The translations under genes were made by a program, and so were the position numbers. Source: Paraspadella gotoi (Eukaryota; Animalia; Chaetognatha). Taken from it: a stretch of 64,000 bases of DNA. How positions within the stretch are numbered: position 1 is the stretch's first letter; every line of letters starts with the position of its first letter. The stretch lies in the NCBI GenBank assembly GCA_051294375.1, contig CM119266.1, positions 21,523,176 through 21,587,175 of the forward strand. Reading direction: 5' to 3'. Positions 1 through 12,979 of the stretch are shown piece by piece. Below the pieces are notes generated by a model. That model searched no databases, was not told where the DNA came from, and saw nothing but the letters and a program-made list of their open reading frames with translations.

Positions 1-111
1 TTCGACATCAGCAATAGTATTAGCGATAATACTTTTGCAACGAGATAAATAAAGTTACTTTTAATGAGTTGGTCATTATGAGAAACGTTTCATATTCCCT
101 TTATACCTCTT

Positions 112-120
<9 letters not shown>
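1..120 (+). repeat. Direct duplicate of 2203-2323 (~2.2 kb period duplication or assembly overlap)
   Basis: Same sequence (…ttgcaac(g)agataaataaagttac…atgagttggtcattatgag…catattccctttat) with indel differences; the second copy abuts a gap. Confidence 0.8.
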
Positions 121-164
<44 letters not shown>

Positions 165-1960
165 TTTCCCCTCCTCCCTTCTCGTCACGTTTGAATAAGA
201 GGATCTGAAATGATTTTTGTCGCGAGCGATGACCCCGTGACCTCAACAAATACAAACGTGACCTTTGACTTTCGCGCCGTCCTCCCTCGACGTCTCTCGA
301 TCCCTCGCTCATTTTTTTTAATTAATATTTTGACATTTATGATTCATTTTTAGTCTCATCGATCATTTTGCGGATCGGAGGAATCTTCGTATTTTAAAAA
401 ATGGCAAATTAGGTTAAAGCACGCCGTTCATAGAAGTTATAGAAATTTTGAAAGGGGGGCAAAAGGGGATTAGTATTAAATTATAGTTTTTATATTTTGA
501 ATCATAGATAGATGGAAAGCGAAGAGCAAGAATATAAGCCTAGGATTATCGTGATATTTTCAATTTTCGGTCTTTAGTTTTGAGAAATGGAAATATTTTA
601 CAACTGCCTCGGTTGTCAGTCAAAGCGAAAGAAACGATGATAAAAAGTTACCAACATCCTTCCACCTTGACTATTTAATCGAATTCTCAACTCATTTCTG
701 CATCATCTAAAATTGGTCCCGTTTTCTCCTTGTATCTTCTTCAGTCGCGTCTTCCACCTTTTCCCTCCTACNNNNNNNNNNTGACAGGAAATCCTTTGCT
801 AGATGATAATCTACCAGAATACTCAAGCGCAGATTACGCCGATACTCCGCTATAATTTCCTTTGCCGGATCCGCCGATATTTCACCGGAATTTCCCTCGG
901 CTCTTGAGCCGAGAATTTCTTTGTTAATGTTTCCTTTATTTGAAAGCAAAAACGGCCGTGGACTCTTTTGTTAAGATTCTGCTCTCTCTCGTCGAGGAAA
1001 GAGGGCGAAGGATGAGGAGGAGTGGAGTGGGAGAAAAAAAAAAGAACAAAAAAGGGGAGACAAAAAAGAAAGAAGGGAGGAGAGAAAAAGAAAAAAAGAA
1101 GAAAGAATAGGGGATATAAAAGGGAAAGACGTGGGAACGAGGACCGAAAGGAAATTATTATACAGATATATAGATTCGAGAATTATCATTATCATGAAAA
1201 ACTATTGGAAAATAAATGATTTATTATTATTATTATTTGCCTAATAAAAACCGATTAAATTGCGTGATAACAACGAAGTGAAACATTTTGATTCAAAAAA
1301 AAAAATTTAAAAAGAAGCTAAAGTTTACCGTAAAACTTTTTTTAATATATAAGAAAGTAAAAAGTAACTAATTATGAGAGAAAAAGTGAGGGGGGGTTAA
1401 AATAGTCGGAGCTAAAACTGACAAAAAAAAGTAAATCAGAAGTTAGAAAAGAATTCGGCGGGATTTCGTAACAGAGAAGGCGGCCATCTTTAAGTCGAGA
1501 AGAAAAAGAGGTTAGCGGAGGCGGAACTGGATGAGTTCCAAGAGACACTGACTTTCCAAAAAGGAGTATGGTTCCTGTGTTTAGGTTAAAGGTGAGATTT
1601 TCCAACGAAACGGAACGAAGAAAAAAAAAAGTGGGAAGGAAAAAAGAAAGAAAGGCAGAGACAAGATCAGGCTTTTCCTTTTCTCATCAGTAAACGCGGA
1701 GCAAACGACGACGACGAAAACGACGACGACAAAAGCGACGAAAACGACGACTCAAAAAAAACAAAAAAAACTAGACGAAATGAATTCAAATGTCAGTCTT
1801 TATTTTTTTATTTCCCACCAAAAAAAATTCGGATATCTATCTTCGTAACGAAAAGAGAGAGAGAGAGAAAAAAAGGGAAGGGAATCCTCCATTGAATTTT
1901 CATCCTTTTATTTGTCGATTTTATTCTTTTTCTTCGCTTTTTAATCTTGATTTATCACCA

Positions 1961-1996
<36 letters not shown>

Positions 1997-2059
1997 TGAA
2001 GATACGACAACAACTGACGGCCGACGACGATGCCGACGACGCACATCGATAAAGAGACT

Positions 2060-2090
<31 letters not shown>

Positions 2091-3639
2091 CGTTTTTTTT
2101 TTTTTTTTTCGGTTGCGAATATCTTTCGAAGACGTAGGTCGACCTTTTGTCTTTCGTCGCTGAGGCGCATCAGATGCTCAAAGATGGAAGAAAAACAAAA
2201 ATTTCGACCATCATCAAATAGTATAGCGAATAACTTTGCAACAGATAAATAAAGTTACGTTTAATGAGTTGGTCATTATGAGAACGTTTTCATATTCCCT
2301 TTATTACTCTCTTTCCTCTCTTCNNNNNNNNNNNNNNNNNNNNNNNNNNNNNNNNNNNNNNNNNNNNNNNNNNNNNNNNNNNNNNNNNNNNNNNNNNNNN
2401 NNNNNNNNNNNNNNNNNNNNNNNNNNNNNNNNNNNNNNNNNNNNNNNNNNNNNNNNNNNNNNNNNNNNNNNNNNNNNNNNNNNNNNNNNNNNNNNNNNNN
2501 NNNNNNNNNNNNNNNNNNNNNNNNNNNNNNNNNNNNNNNNNNNNNNNNNNNNNNNNNNNNNNNNNNNNNNNNNNNNNNNNNNNNNNNNNNNNNNNNNNNN
2601 NNNNNNNNNNNNNNNNNNNNNNNNNNNNNNNNNNNNNNNNNNNNNNNNNNNNNNNNNNNNNNNNNNNNNNNNNNNNNNNNNNNNNNNNNNNNNNNNNNNN
2701 NNNNNNNNNNNNNNNNNNNNNNNNNNNNNNNNNNNNNNNNNNNNNNNNNNNNNNNNNNNNNNNNNNNNNNNNNNNNNNNNNNNNNNNNNNNNNNNNNNNN
2801 NNNNNNNNNNNNNNNNNNNNNNNNNNNNNNNNNNNNNNNNNNNNNNNNNNNNNNNNNNNNNNNNNNNNNNNNNNNNNNNNNNNNNNNNNNNNNNNNNNNN
2901 NNNNNNNNNNNNNNNNNNNNNNNNNNNNNNNNNNNNNNNNNNNNNNNNNNNNNNNNNNNNNNNNNNNNNNNNNNNNNNNNNNNNNNNNNNNNNNNNNNNN
3001 NNNNNNNNNNNNNNNNNNNNNNNNNNNNNNNNNNNNNNNNNNNNNNNNNNNNNNNNNNNNNNNNNNNNNNNNNNNNNNNNNNNNNNNNNNNNNNNNNNNN
3101 NNNNNNNNNNNNNNNNNNNNNNNNNNNNNNNNNNNNNNNNNNNNNNNNNNNNNNNNNNNNNNNNNNNNNNNNNNNNNNNNNNNNNNNNNNNNNNNNNNNN
3201 NNNNNNNNNNNNNNNNNNNNNNNNNNNNNNNNNNNNNNNNNNNNNNNNNNNNNNNNNNNNNNNNNNNNNNNNNNNNNNNATCTTTCCTCTTCCCTAACCC
3301 TCTTCCTTTTCTCCCTTCGCCCTACCCCTTTTCTAATCTACCCTCTATTTTTACTTTTTTCTCCTTTTTTTCCCTTTTTTTTTCTTTTTTGTCTCTTTTC
3401 ATCCCGACCTTTCCCTTTGCGCTGGCTTCTATAATTTTTGCTTTCCATTCAAAGCCTTTTATATCCTTTCCTTTTACCAAAAAGTTTCCCTTTGGTCAGC
3501 TTACTTACTCCTATTCCCTCTCCTAACATTTATTCCCTTCAAAAAATATCATAAAAAAATGACAGGACGAACCTAATCATTCAAGATACGCATATGCTCA
3601 CATTTTTTTATGGTTATGAAATTGGTACAACCAATATAA

Positions 3640-3880
3640 AAAATTATCCATTCATTTAATAAATAAGCTATCTTGCCCCTGACTTTGGACAGGCTTTGGT
3701 GGTTTAAGGCCTCCATCACACTTACAAGATAATGACATAGCAGGTCCCTGCAAGCTTTCAATCAAGACTCTCTCACAGTCTCGTTTATTCACTGCCAGAG
3801 TACCTGGCTTCCCTATCAATAAAGTGGTATAATATTTTAAAGAATGTTTCATTTGTATGAAAAGACCACTCCCTTATAGT
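3640..3880 (-). mobile_element. Interspersed repeat (SINE-like body/tail), longer copy
   Basis: 3685-3791 is nearly identical to 27620-27727. Composition is CpG-poor unlike the flanks, and the minus-strand end has a TTATTTATTAAATGAATGG tail. Confidence 0.55.
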
Positions 3881-3950
3881 AATTTTATTCTAAATGTTTA
3901 CAAATTTGAATTTTAAAACAATCTGTCTTGTTTTGTTGGTTTTGTCCGAA

Positions 3951-4052
3951 GGATTATATTAAGATTATATTAAGATTTTTATTAAGATTTTTATTAAGAT
4001 TTTATTAAGATTTTATTAAGATTTTTATTAAGATTTTTATTAACATTTTTAT
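3951..4052. repeat. Tandem (TAAGATTTTAT)-type 11-12 bp minisatellite
   Basis: About 8 adjacent variant copies visible. Confidence 0.9.
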
Positions 4053-6544
4053 CTTATGTTTATTTCCCACAACGACACAAGCGTAGAACTCAGTCTGCGC
4101 ATGCGCGCGGGGCGAGACGGGTTGGACTTCCTGGAGACGCTTGTCGCACGGTTATCAAGCGTTCGGCGTTGCGTAGCGACACTTCTCCTCTTTTCTCCCT
4201 CTCTCGCGAGCCTGAGAAAAAAAATAAGAACCCTGGAAACTTGATCTCTTAATATTTTCCCCTTTTTTACTCTCTTTTTTTTTCTTATTCAAAAAGGATG
4301 GGTCCCCCGATGGTGTATGGAAATTTATTTCTTTTTTTTTTTCTTTTCAATCTTTATTCTCTCTCGCTCTTTCTCTCTCTCTCTCTCTCTCTCTCNNNNN
4401 NNNNNNNNNNNNNNNNNNNNNNNNNNNNNNNNNNNNNNNNNNNNNNNNNNNNNNNNNNNNNNNNNNNNNNNNNNNNNNNNNNNNNNNNNNNNNNNNNNNN
4501 NNNNNNNNNNNNNNNNNNNNNNNNNNNNNNNNNNNNNNNNNNNNNNNNNNNNNNNNNNNNNNNNNNNNNNNNNNNNNNNNNNNNNNNNNNNNNNNNNNNN
4601 NNNNNNNNNNNNNNNNNNNNNNNNNNNNNNNNNNNNNNNNNNNNNNNNNNNNNNNNNNNNNNNNNNNNNNNNNNNNNNNNNNNNNNNNNNNNNNNNNNNN
4701 NNNNNNNNNNNNNNNNNNNNNNNNNNNNNNNNNNNNNNNNNNNNNNNNNNNNNTCTCTCTCTCCGTCCGAGGCCTCCTTTTTCTCGCCGGCTCTGTATCG
4801 TTCCATTCAGAATTTTATTGCAGTCAACAGACAATACATTTTTTTTCCTTTTTTTTTTCTTTAATATTAGGTCATTCTTCTCAATTGACTCTCTTGAGTG
4901 CAGCCGTTCTTACATCCGGGTTTTTCACTCTTGATGTTTCCTCATTTTCCTGCGAATGAGAAAAAAGAATCAGTTTGAGATTCCGGTTGTTTTCCACTAG
5001 ATTTATTCCCGATTCGTTGGCTTTGGCGAGGGATTAGTTAAGATCGTGAGAGTTGTGATTCCCCGGATTACTTCGTCGGCAAGGCGACGTTTATCTTTTT
5101 ACGCGGGAATTGAATGCGAATAAAATCGACAGACGGCCGAGGAAACGAGTAGCAAAACAAAAGGGAAGGTGGAGTTTGATATCCGAGTGTCACCTTCCCT
5201 AGAGTTACAAACGCATAAACTCTATTTGGCGCAGTCACGAAATGAACCAATATATTTCACATTTAAGCCAGACACGTCGTCGACCGTCGACGCGAAACGA
5301 AAGCGTTCGCCAACAATAGACGTCTCCTACGAAGCGAGGCGCCACCGAAAACTGCCAACGAAAACAAAAAGCGCAAATGGAAAATAATAATAAAACCTCG
5401 ATTTATGTTTGGAAATTCACAAAAGTAGGAGACAGAAAAAAAAAGAAAAACAGAAGTAGAAAAAAAAAGTGCAATTGAAAGGTGGTTTTTACCTTCTTTT
5501 ATTTTCGTTCGTAATTCACGCGGAAAGTTCGGCCGTTAGAGTGAGTTTTGAAAGCGTGAAGTGGCGAAGGAAAATTCATGGAGATGGCTGAGAGAGAAAA
5601 TAATGAAAGGATACAGATTAACTTAAGTTTACGAAATTACATATTATGTATGTTGTCCCTAATCGAACAAGTAACCCTTTCTTCCAGTCAAAAGGACAAA
5701 AGTCGTCTCCCAGTCCCTCCCGTGACGCCCCCCCCCCTCGCTGGCCCTTTATTCAGATTTGAGAGTAAAAATGAATTGGGAATCTCGTTAATTATCTCCC
5801 TCTTTTCTCTCCCGCCCCTCCGTTACTCAGTTTCCATTCAGGCTTAATCTATTTCCTTCCATTAGTCACGCATTCCACTCCGCTACTCTTTGGATCAAGC
5901 GCAACTGGCTCTCTCAGTCTCGCTGGTGTAAATAAACGGCCAACAGCCAGTGGCACCAGGCACGCCACAGGTTTCTTTCACGACGCCAGTTGCCATCCTT
6001 GCCATTCGCCCGCTTTTTTTGAAATTTCGATCAGCCTTTGATGAGTTGCCATCGAGATTAAAAAAAAATGAGGAATATCTTTTCAGCTTTTTTTTTTATC
6101 GTCTTTTTTTTATCTCTTTGCTTCTTTATTCAGGCGTCTAATGCTACTCCACCGACGCGACCTCTGCTCGCGTCCTTGTAAACAAAAACGCAAACAAGAC
6201 TCAGTGAGAAAGGAAAAAAAAGAGCAACGCGAAGAAAGGAAAATTGGGGGCTGGAGGTGTTTATTGGTTCTTGCCAAGAAAAAAAAATGGCTGCCTGAAA
6301 GAATGAATAAATAAAGATTGGCCCCGAGGTTTTGTCTCCTCCTTCGAGTGACGGAAATCAATATTTTGGAAAACATTACACCTGCCGATCGAGAATCCTT
6401 TTATGGATTCTTTCAAAGTCAAGGCACATCAAGGGGTAAAGAGAGAGAGAGAGAGAGAGAGAAGAGGAGAGAGAGAGAGAGAGAGAAAGAGGAGAGAGAG
6501 AAAAAAGAAAGAAAAAAGAAAGAAAGAAAGAAAGAAGAAAGAAA

Positions 6545-6580
<36 letters not shown>

Positions 6581-6962
6581 AGAAAGAAGAAAGAAAAGAA
6601 AATAAAAAAAGAAAAGCAAAGAAAAGAAAAAAAAAAAGAAAAGAAAGAAAAGAAAAGAAAAGAAAAGAAAGAAAAGAAAAGAAAAGAAAAGAAAAGAAAA
6701 GAAAGGAAAAGAAAAGAAACAAAGCGAGATAAAGCTATAGGATGAAAGCGAAAAAAGCGAGAAAGAGGAAGCCACGAAAAAAAGAGTGAGAACAAGATAA
6801 AAAGACAGAAAAAAAAAGAGCATCGGATTTCGATTTTTTTTTCTTTTTTACGAATCGCGCGGATGAAAAAGTCTTGGATGAAAGAAGAAGAATAGAAGAG
6901 ACGAAGAAAATTTCGTTGCGAACTCAAAGGCTGATCGAATTTTAATGCTCTTCGCCGGGGAG

Positions 6963-7145
6963 TGGATCAGGGCGTGCCGTGCTGGCTGGCGGTCTGGCGG
7001 GCGTGCCGTGCGTGCTGGCGGGATGGCTGGCAGGAGTGCCGTGCTGGCTGGCGGTCTGGCGGGCGTGCCGTGCGGGCTGGCGGTCTGGTGGGCGTGCCGT
7101 ACCGTCCAGGGTGGCAGGAGTGCCCTGCTGGCTGGCGGGCCGGCG
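6963..7145. repeat. GC-rich ~29-bp minisatellite (GTGCCGTGCTGGCTGGCGGTCTGGCGGGC variants)
   Basis: Repeated gtgccgtg…ctggc units; explains the overlapping spurious ORFs here. Confidence 0.9.
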
Positions 7146-7438
7146 ATTGGGTGATGGCACACAGCAGGTAAACTGCTATGATTTCAGGTAGAGTGCTGCA
7201 CTGCCGGTTGGAATCGAATCATTGTAGATTTTATTGTTATTTTCTTTTTTGCCATCTTTGCGTAAAGTTCCACCTCATTTGTTGTTGTTGTTGTTGTTGT
7301 TGTCGTCTTCCCTAATGCGTGATCGTTGATGCGAACCAACGATTTTACGTCCGAAGAAGCAAATCTCCTTTTTTTCTTCGAGCGAACGAATTCAAAAGTG
7401 CGGGAAAATTCAAACCGAAAAAATCAGCCCGCGTGTAT

Positions 7439-7910
7439 CGGCTTTCGGGCTTCCGGGCTCTCGGGCTTTCGGGCTTTGGCTTTGGGCTTTTGGGCTTTGG
7501 GCTTTTGGGCTTTCGGGCTTTCGGGCTTTTGGGGCTTTTGGCTTTTGGGCTTTTGGGCTTTTGGGCTTTGGCCTTTTGGGCTTTTGGGATTTTGGTCTTT
7601 GGGGCTTTTGGCTTTTTGGGCTTTTTGGGCTTTTGGGCTTTTGGGCTTTGGGGCTTTTGGGCTTTTGGGCTGTGGGCTTTTGGCTTTTGGGCTTTTTAGG
7701 CTTTTAGGCTTTCGGGCTTTCGGGCTTTTGGGCTTCAGGCTTTCAGGCTTTCAGGGCTTTAGGCTTCAGGCTTTCAGGCTTTCAGGCTTTTGGGCTTTTG
7801 GGCTTTTGGGCTTTTGGGCTTTCGGGCTTTCGGGCTTTGTGCTGCGCAGTTTTAGGCTTTCGCAGTTTTATGCTTTCGAAGTTTTTGGCTTTCGTAGTTT
7901 TGGGCTTCGT
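7439..7910 (+). repeat. G/T-strand-biased ~8-bp satellite (TTTTGGGC / TTTCGGGC / TTTCAGGC)
   Basis: About 470 bp of tandem degenerate octamers. Confidence 0.92.
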
Positions 7911-8257
7911 AAATTGACCATGGGACCAACTGACCATCGGATTCGCTGTCGCTCCCGTCCCTTGTTGGCACAAGGAATTTCCACGGGTCATCCAATCCCC
8001 GATAAACTCTGGCGACACGAGGTCACGCGATGACAAAGACCGTCAAAGGGGGGAGGTCGGGGGGGGCGGTGTGCCTTGGAGACGGGGTCGTCGGAAGAGT
8101 TCGAACATCGAACGTATGTATATTAGGTTTATGTTTCTTGTTCTCGTTCGAATATTTCGTCGTAATTGGGAACATTTTTTGGCTTAAAATGTCTCGATGC
8201 TCGAGACTCGTTGGAAGAGTGGAGAAGGAAGAGTGGCGATCGGAGAGAGACAAGTAA

Positions 8258-8472
8258 AATGAGTGACAAGAGTGACAAATGGCAAGAGTGACAATTGACT
8301 AGAATGACAAATGGCAAGAGTGACAATTGACTGGAATGACAAATGGCAAGAGTGACAATTGACTAGAATGACAAGTGACAAGAGTGATAATTGACTAGAA
8401 TGACAAATGACAAGACTGACAATTGACTAGAATGACAAGTGACAAGAGTGATGACTCACAAAAGTGACAAGT
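8258..8472. repeat. ~32-bp minisatellite (GAGTGACAATTGACTAGAATGACAAATGGCAA)
   Basis: 5-6 tandem copies built from TGACAA subrepeats. Confidence 0.92.
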
Positions 8473-8790
8473 GGGGATATCTCTTCAATTTCTGAGCAAA
8501 CACAACTTCTTTTTTCTCTCCCAACTTCCGCCCAGACTTCGCACGAACTCTCCTGGGGCTTTTCCCGCCCTCACTGCCCGACCTTTTCCAGCCCTTACCN
8601 NNNNNNNNNNNNNNNNNNNNNNNNNNNNNNNNNNNNNNNNNNNNNNNNNNNNNNNNNNNNNNNNNNNNNNNNNNNNNNNNNNNNNNNNNNNNNNNNNNNN
8701 NNNNNNNNNNNNNNNNNNNNNNNNNNNNNNNNNNNNNNNNNNNNNNNNNNNNNNNNNNNNNNNNNNNNNNNNNNNNNNNNNNNNNNNNNC

Positions 8791-9030
8791 TTCGGATCCC
8801 CTTTTTCTTGTGCGCAGAAGCCAACGACGAAATATGATAATCAGGATGTGATCTTTCACCCCGTCCGTGACTCTTCACCCTGCCCCTCGCCTCACCCAGT
8901 AAATCTTCTGGCCCGCCCCCTGTCCACCCGGATGTTCTTTTCCCTTCATTCCCCGGATGAGCCGTCCCGATCACCAGCTCACACCCCCCCAAGCGATCAT
9001 CGGCTGTTGGGTTCCCTTCCCCTTCACTAA
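8791..9030 (+). mobile_element. Possible apurinic-like (EEP) endonuclease C-terminal fragment of a transposable element
   Basis: Frame reads QKPTTKYDNQDVIF…PPSDHRLLGSL* with PT, D-x-I and SDH motifs in EEP order; the upstream part is lost in a gap. Confidence 0.3.
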
Positions 9031-9898
9031 CTCAAGATCGGTTTAATCACTCATCGTCAGGACTTTTTCTTTCCCTTCCTTTCCCTTTTTTTCCCTTTCC
9101 CTTTTTCTTTCCCTTTCTTTCCCTTTCTTTCCCTTTTTTTCCCTTTCCCCTTTTCTTGTACCCTTTATTCGTCCTTTTGTCATTTTCCTCCCTTTAATTT
9201 TTTCTCATTTTCCCTTTTTCTTTATTGACCTTTTACTCTCATTTCACTTTCGTTTCCTCTTCAATCTATTTTTCTTTCGATAACAACAACTGACCGCGAA
9301 GGCGAATTCGACCCTCATAATCATCTCTGTTTTTCTCTGCTCATTGGCCTTCAAGCTGCAGATAGATAGNNNNNNNNNNNNNNNNNNNNNNNNNNNNNNN
9401 NNNNNNNNNNNNNNNNNNNNNNNNNNNNNNNNNNNNNNNNNNNNNNNNNNNNNNNNNNNNNNNNNNNNNNNNNNNNNNNNNNNNNNNNNNNNNNNNNNNN
9501 NGAGAGAGAGAGAGAGAGAGAGAGAAGCCAAATTATGCATTGCTCTTTTGACAATCCAGAGGCGCCGCTGTGTTTCGAGGCGGCAATTCCGCATACTAAT
9601 GGTCAAAAACTGCCGCAAACATAAGGCTAACGGCTATTTATCTTCAAAGAAAAAAACCATTCAACGATGTCCGGTTGGAAAGAATGAGAGAGAAGGGAGG
9701 AATTTGAACTCTTTCTCGTCGAGGATATTTCCCCTTTGTGTGAGGGAGGNNNNNNNNNNNNNNNNNNNNNNNNNNNNNNNNNNNNNNNNNNNNNNNNNNN
9801 NNNNNNNNNNNNNNNNNNNNNNNNNNNNNNNNNNNNNNNNNNNNNNNNNNNNNNNNNNNNNNNNNNNNNNNNNNNNNNNNNNNNNNNNNNNNNNNNNN

Positions 9899-9933
<35 letters not shown>

Positions 9934-10479
9934 TAAATGTCCTCTACCGGTTTAATGTTCCTACGACGCTCACAGAAAGCTGAATGACTGACCCAACAAA
10001 CGCTTTTTCTCTCCCTTTTGCATCCGGGCTGAATTTCAGCGCGACCATTTTTCCAACTCTGGCCTCTTTCCTCACATTCTTTTCGCCTTTTTCTTCATTC
10101 CCTGTTGGCCTCTTTCCTTTCAAATCTTTGGCCTCTTCCCTGATTTCTTTCTCTTCCTTTCTTCCCTCGATCTTTCTTAATGATCCCGAGTTTTCCCTTT
10201 CATCTTTTCTTCCTTCCGTTTTTCACGATCCTCATTTTCGATATTTTTGTTTATAATTTAAGAAACTCTTCTTCCGGCGCATGCGCCATAATCCTCGCGC
10301 AAAGGATCCTCGACGCCGTCGATTCCAACAACGACAGCGCCACCATCTGCGTTGCGGAGAGAGTGGGTTTTTTGTTTACCCTTTTATCACCTCGTTTTTT
10401 TCGTTTCCGCCTTTTGTTTCTTCCTTTATTTTCCTTTCTTTTCCCTTTTTCCCATTGTCCCTCTCTCTTTCTCTCTCTC

Positions 10480-10526
<47 letters not shown>

Positions 10527-12809
10527 TGCATCACGATGGTCCTTAACGTTGGTGACTTTCCACTTATGAGGATAATGTGACATTTATGTCGCTCTATATC
10601 ACCCCGCGCCTCGGCTTGGCCGGGAGCCTTTCCGTTCCGGGTTTCGAGTCTCGGCTTCGTTATTTTCCCTCCGAATTTTTCTTTTTCTTTTTCCCGCCGA
10701 TTTATCCTTGTTTTTCTTTTCCTCCCTCTCTCTCTCTCGCTTTCTTTATTCAACTATCAAACTTACTAGATTAATTGTTTTACAAAATTGTTAAAAATTC
10801 ATTTTTTGAAATATCACAATATGTAGTTATAATTTCATTAAAGTCATAACCTTTGCTAAGGAAAAAAAACATTAACTTAACGCAATAATATTATAATATA
10901 TAATATTATCTATTTTTAACATATTTGTATTCTGACAAATGTTTTCAATTATATCCTTACTCATTTTATCTCCCTACTTTCTCTTTCCCTTTCCCTACTT
11001 TCCTCTCTTTTCTTTCCTTTCCTCTACCCAGTTTCTTCTTTCCTCTTTCCTTTCCTCCTCGTGTTTCCTCCGTTCCTTCCCCGAATCTCCCTCTTTTCTT
11101 CATCTCCCGCGCTCTCAGCTGCTTCCCTTTCTCCTCGGCTGTTTTGCTCTTTTCAAAAAGAGATCACGTTGTTTACATTTAGGAATTCTTTGTTTGGTGA
11201 AATTTCATCCTCACACGCCAGAGAGTTTTCGGTATCGAGTTGCAAACANNNNNNNNNNNNNNNNNNNNNNNNNNNNNNNNNNNNNNNNNNNNNNNNNNNN
11301 NNNNNNNNNNNNNNNNNNNNNNNNNNNNNNNNNNNNNNNNNNNNNNNNNNNNNNNNNNNNNNNNNNNNNNNNNNNNNNNNNNNNNNNNNNNNNNNNNNNN
11401 NNNNNNNNNNNNNNNNNNNNNNNNNNNNNNNNNNNNNNNNNNNNNNNNNNNNNNNNNTCTCTCTCTCATCAGACTGGCACACACCGTAGCTATATCAAGT
11501 CTTATTAACAAGTTTAAAAACACGATGCTCGCGATGCGAAAACATTTTTTTTCTCGATATCTAACTGTCAAAACTTTTTTAATAAAATTGTTCGGAGCTT
11601 TTATCGATTCGACTTCAGTAGATTTCCATCAGTTCCATTTTGAAAATGTGCAAGGATTTGCATCAGCTGTGAACTATGTGGCTCAAAATATTTTTTTTCT
11701 CTTCTCCCTTTCGCCATCTTTCACTGTTATTCGTTTTTCAATGCCCACGCTTCTTTTTTACTTGTATACATTTTCTTTTAATATAGGGCAAATATTCTCC
11801 GTCCGGGCCTCAATGGCCTTGTAGCGAGAGGCGAGCGTCGATGTGAATCTTATTACAACGGTGAAAGTGAGACCTGAAGGAGCAAGACTCTCAAATGATG
11901 AAGCCACTTTTAAGATTTAGAATTTAAGATTTGCCATTTCTGAGTTTTTTTCTTTTCCGATTTTTTATAAATATTANNNNNNNNNNNNNNNNNNNNNNNN
12001 NNNNNNNNNNNNNNNNNNNNNNNNNNNNNNNNNNNNNNNNNNNNNNNNNNNNNNNNNNNNNNNNNNNNNNNNNNNNNNNNNNNNNNNNNNNNNNNNNNNN
12101 NNNNNNNNNNNNNNNNNNNNNNNNNNNNNNNNNNNNNNNNNNNNNNNNNNNNNNNNNNNNNNNNNNNNNNNNNNNNNNNNNNNNNNNNNNNNNNNNNNNN
12201 NNNNNNNNNNNNNNNNNNNNNNNNNNNNNNNNNNNNNNNNNNNNNNNNNNNNNNNNNNNNNNNNNNNNNNNNNNNNNNNNNNNGCTAAACAAGAAAGAAA
12301 TGATGAACGGCTATCCAATCTGGTGCATCCTATTTCTGATATTTTTTTGTGAAATCCTGCCAAAAATTGTGAATAAAAGATGAGCAACAATCGGCTTTTT
12401 ACNNNNNNNNNNNNNNNNNNNNNNNNNNNNNNNNNNNNNNNNNNNNNNNNNNNNNNNNNNNNNNNNNNNNNNNNNNNNNNNNNNNNNNNNNNNNNNNNNN
12501 NNNNNNNNNNNNNNNNNNNNNNNNNNNNNNNNNNNNNNNNNNNNNNNNNNNNNNNNNNNNNNNNNNNNNNNNNNNNNNNNNNNNNNNNNNNNNNNNNNNN
12601 NNNNNNNNNNNNNNNNNNAAAAAAAAAAAAATTCGCTTCACCAAATCGAGATCATCGTTTGAGGTTTGATGGATGTTTTTTTCATCGAGCAGACGAAAAA
12701 TAAGAACGACTTGAGATTCTCTTCTCTGACGACGATCTTTGTATATAAAACTAGGGAGAAGAAAGAGAAAAAAAGGAAGAAAAAATGAAAAAAGAAAAAA
12801 AACACTGAC

Positions 12810-12979
12810 AAGCGGGGGGAGGCCTTTTCGTCCGCTCGAGTTTCGTCTCCTTGGCAACGCAAACTCGAGAGACAATGTCGATAACATCGAAGACATCGGC
12901 AGCTGCGGACGTCGGCTTCGTAGTCGACCTTGCTTAGACGCGGGTCATAAAAGTCGTTGACCGCGACATCGTCGTCCAT
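12810..12979 (-). CDS. Putative first coding exon, unknown protein
   Basis: ATG-initiated high-complexity frame MDDDVAVNDFYDPRLSKVDYEADVRSCRCLRCYRHCLSSLRCQGDETRADEKASPRL followed by a gtcagt donor-like site; no recognisable family. Confidence 0.35.

Noticed and set aside
2236-3297. Long ORFs spanning N runs
   Set aside because: Open only because gaps contain no stop codons.
6318-6927. Lys/Arg/Glu- or Phe/Ser/Leu-rich ORFs (also 22594-24014, 38481-39194, 62191-63990)
   Set aside because: Translations of (GA)n/(AAAG)n and pyrimidine-rich low-complexity tracts, not genes.
7319-8033. 235-aa GFWAFGL-repeat protein
   Set aside because: Translation of the 8-bp satellite.
10265-10640. Two-exon minus-strand gene fragment (CAG|gtgaga … gcag|ATG)
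   Set aside because: Splice sites are plausible, but frame and product cannot be supported without transcripts.
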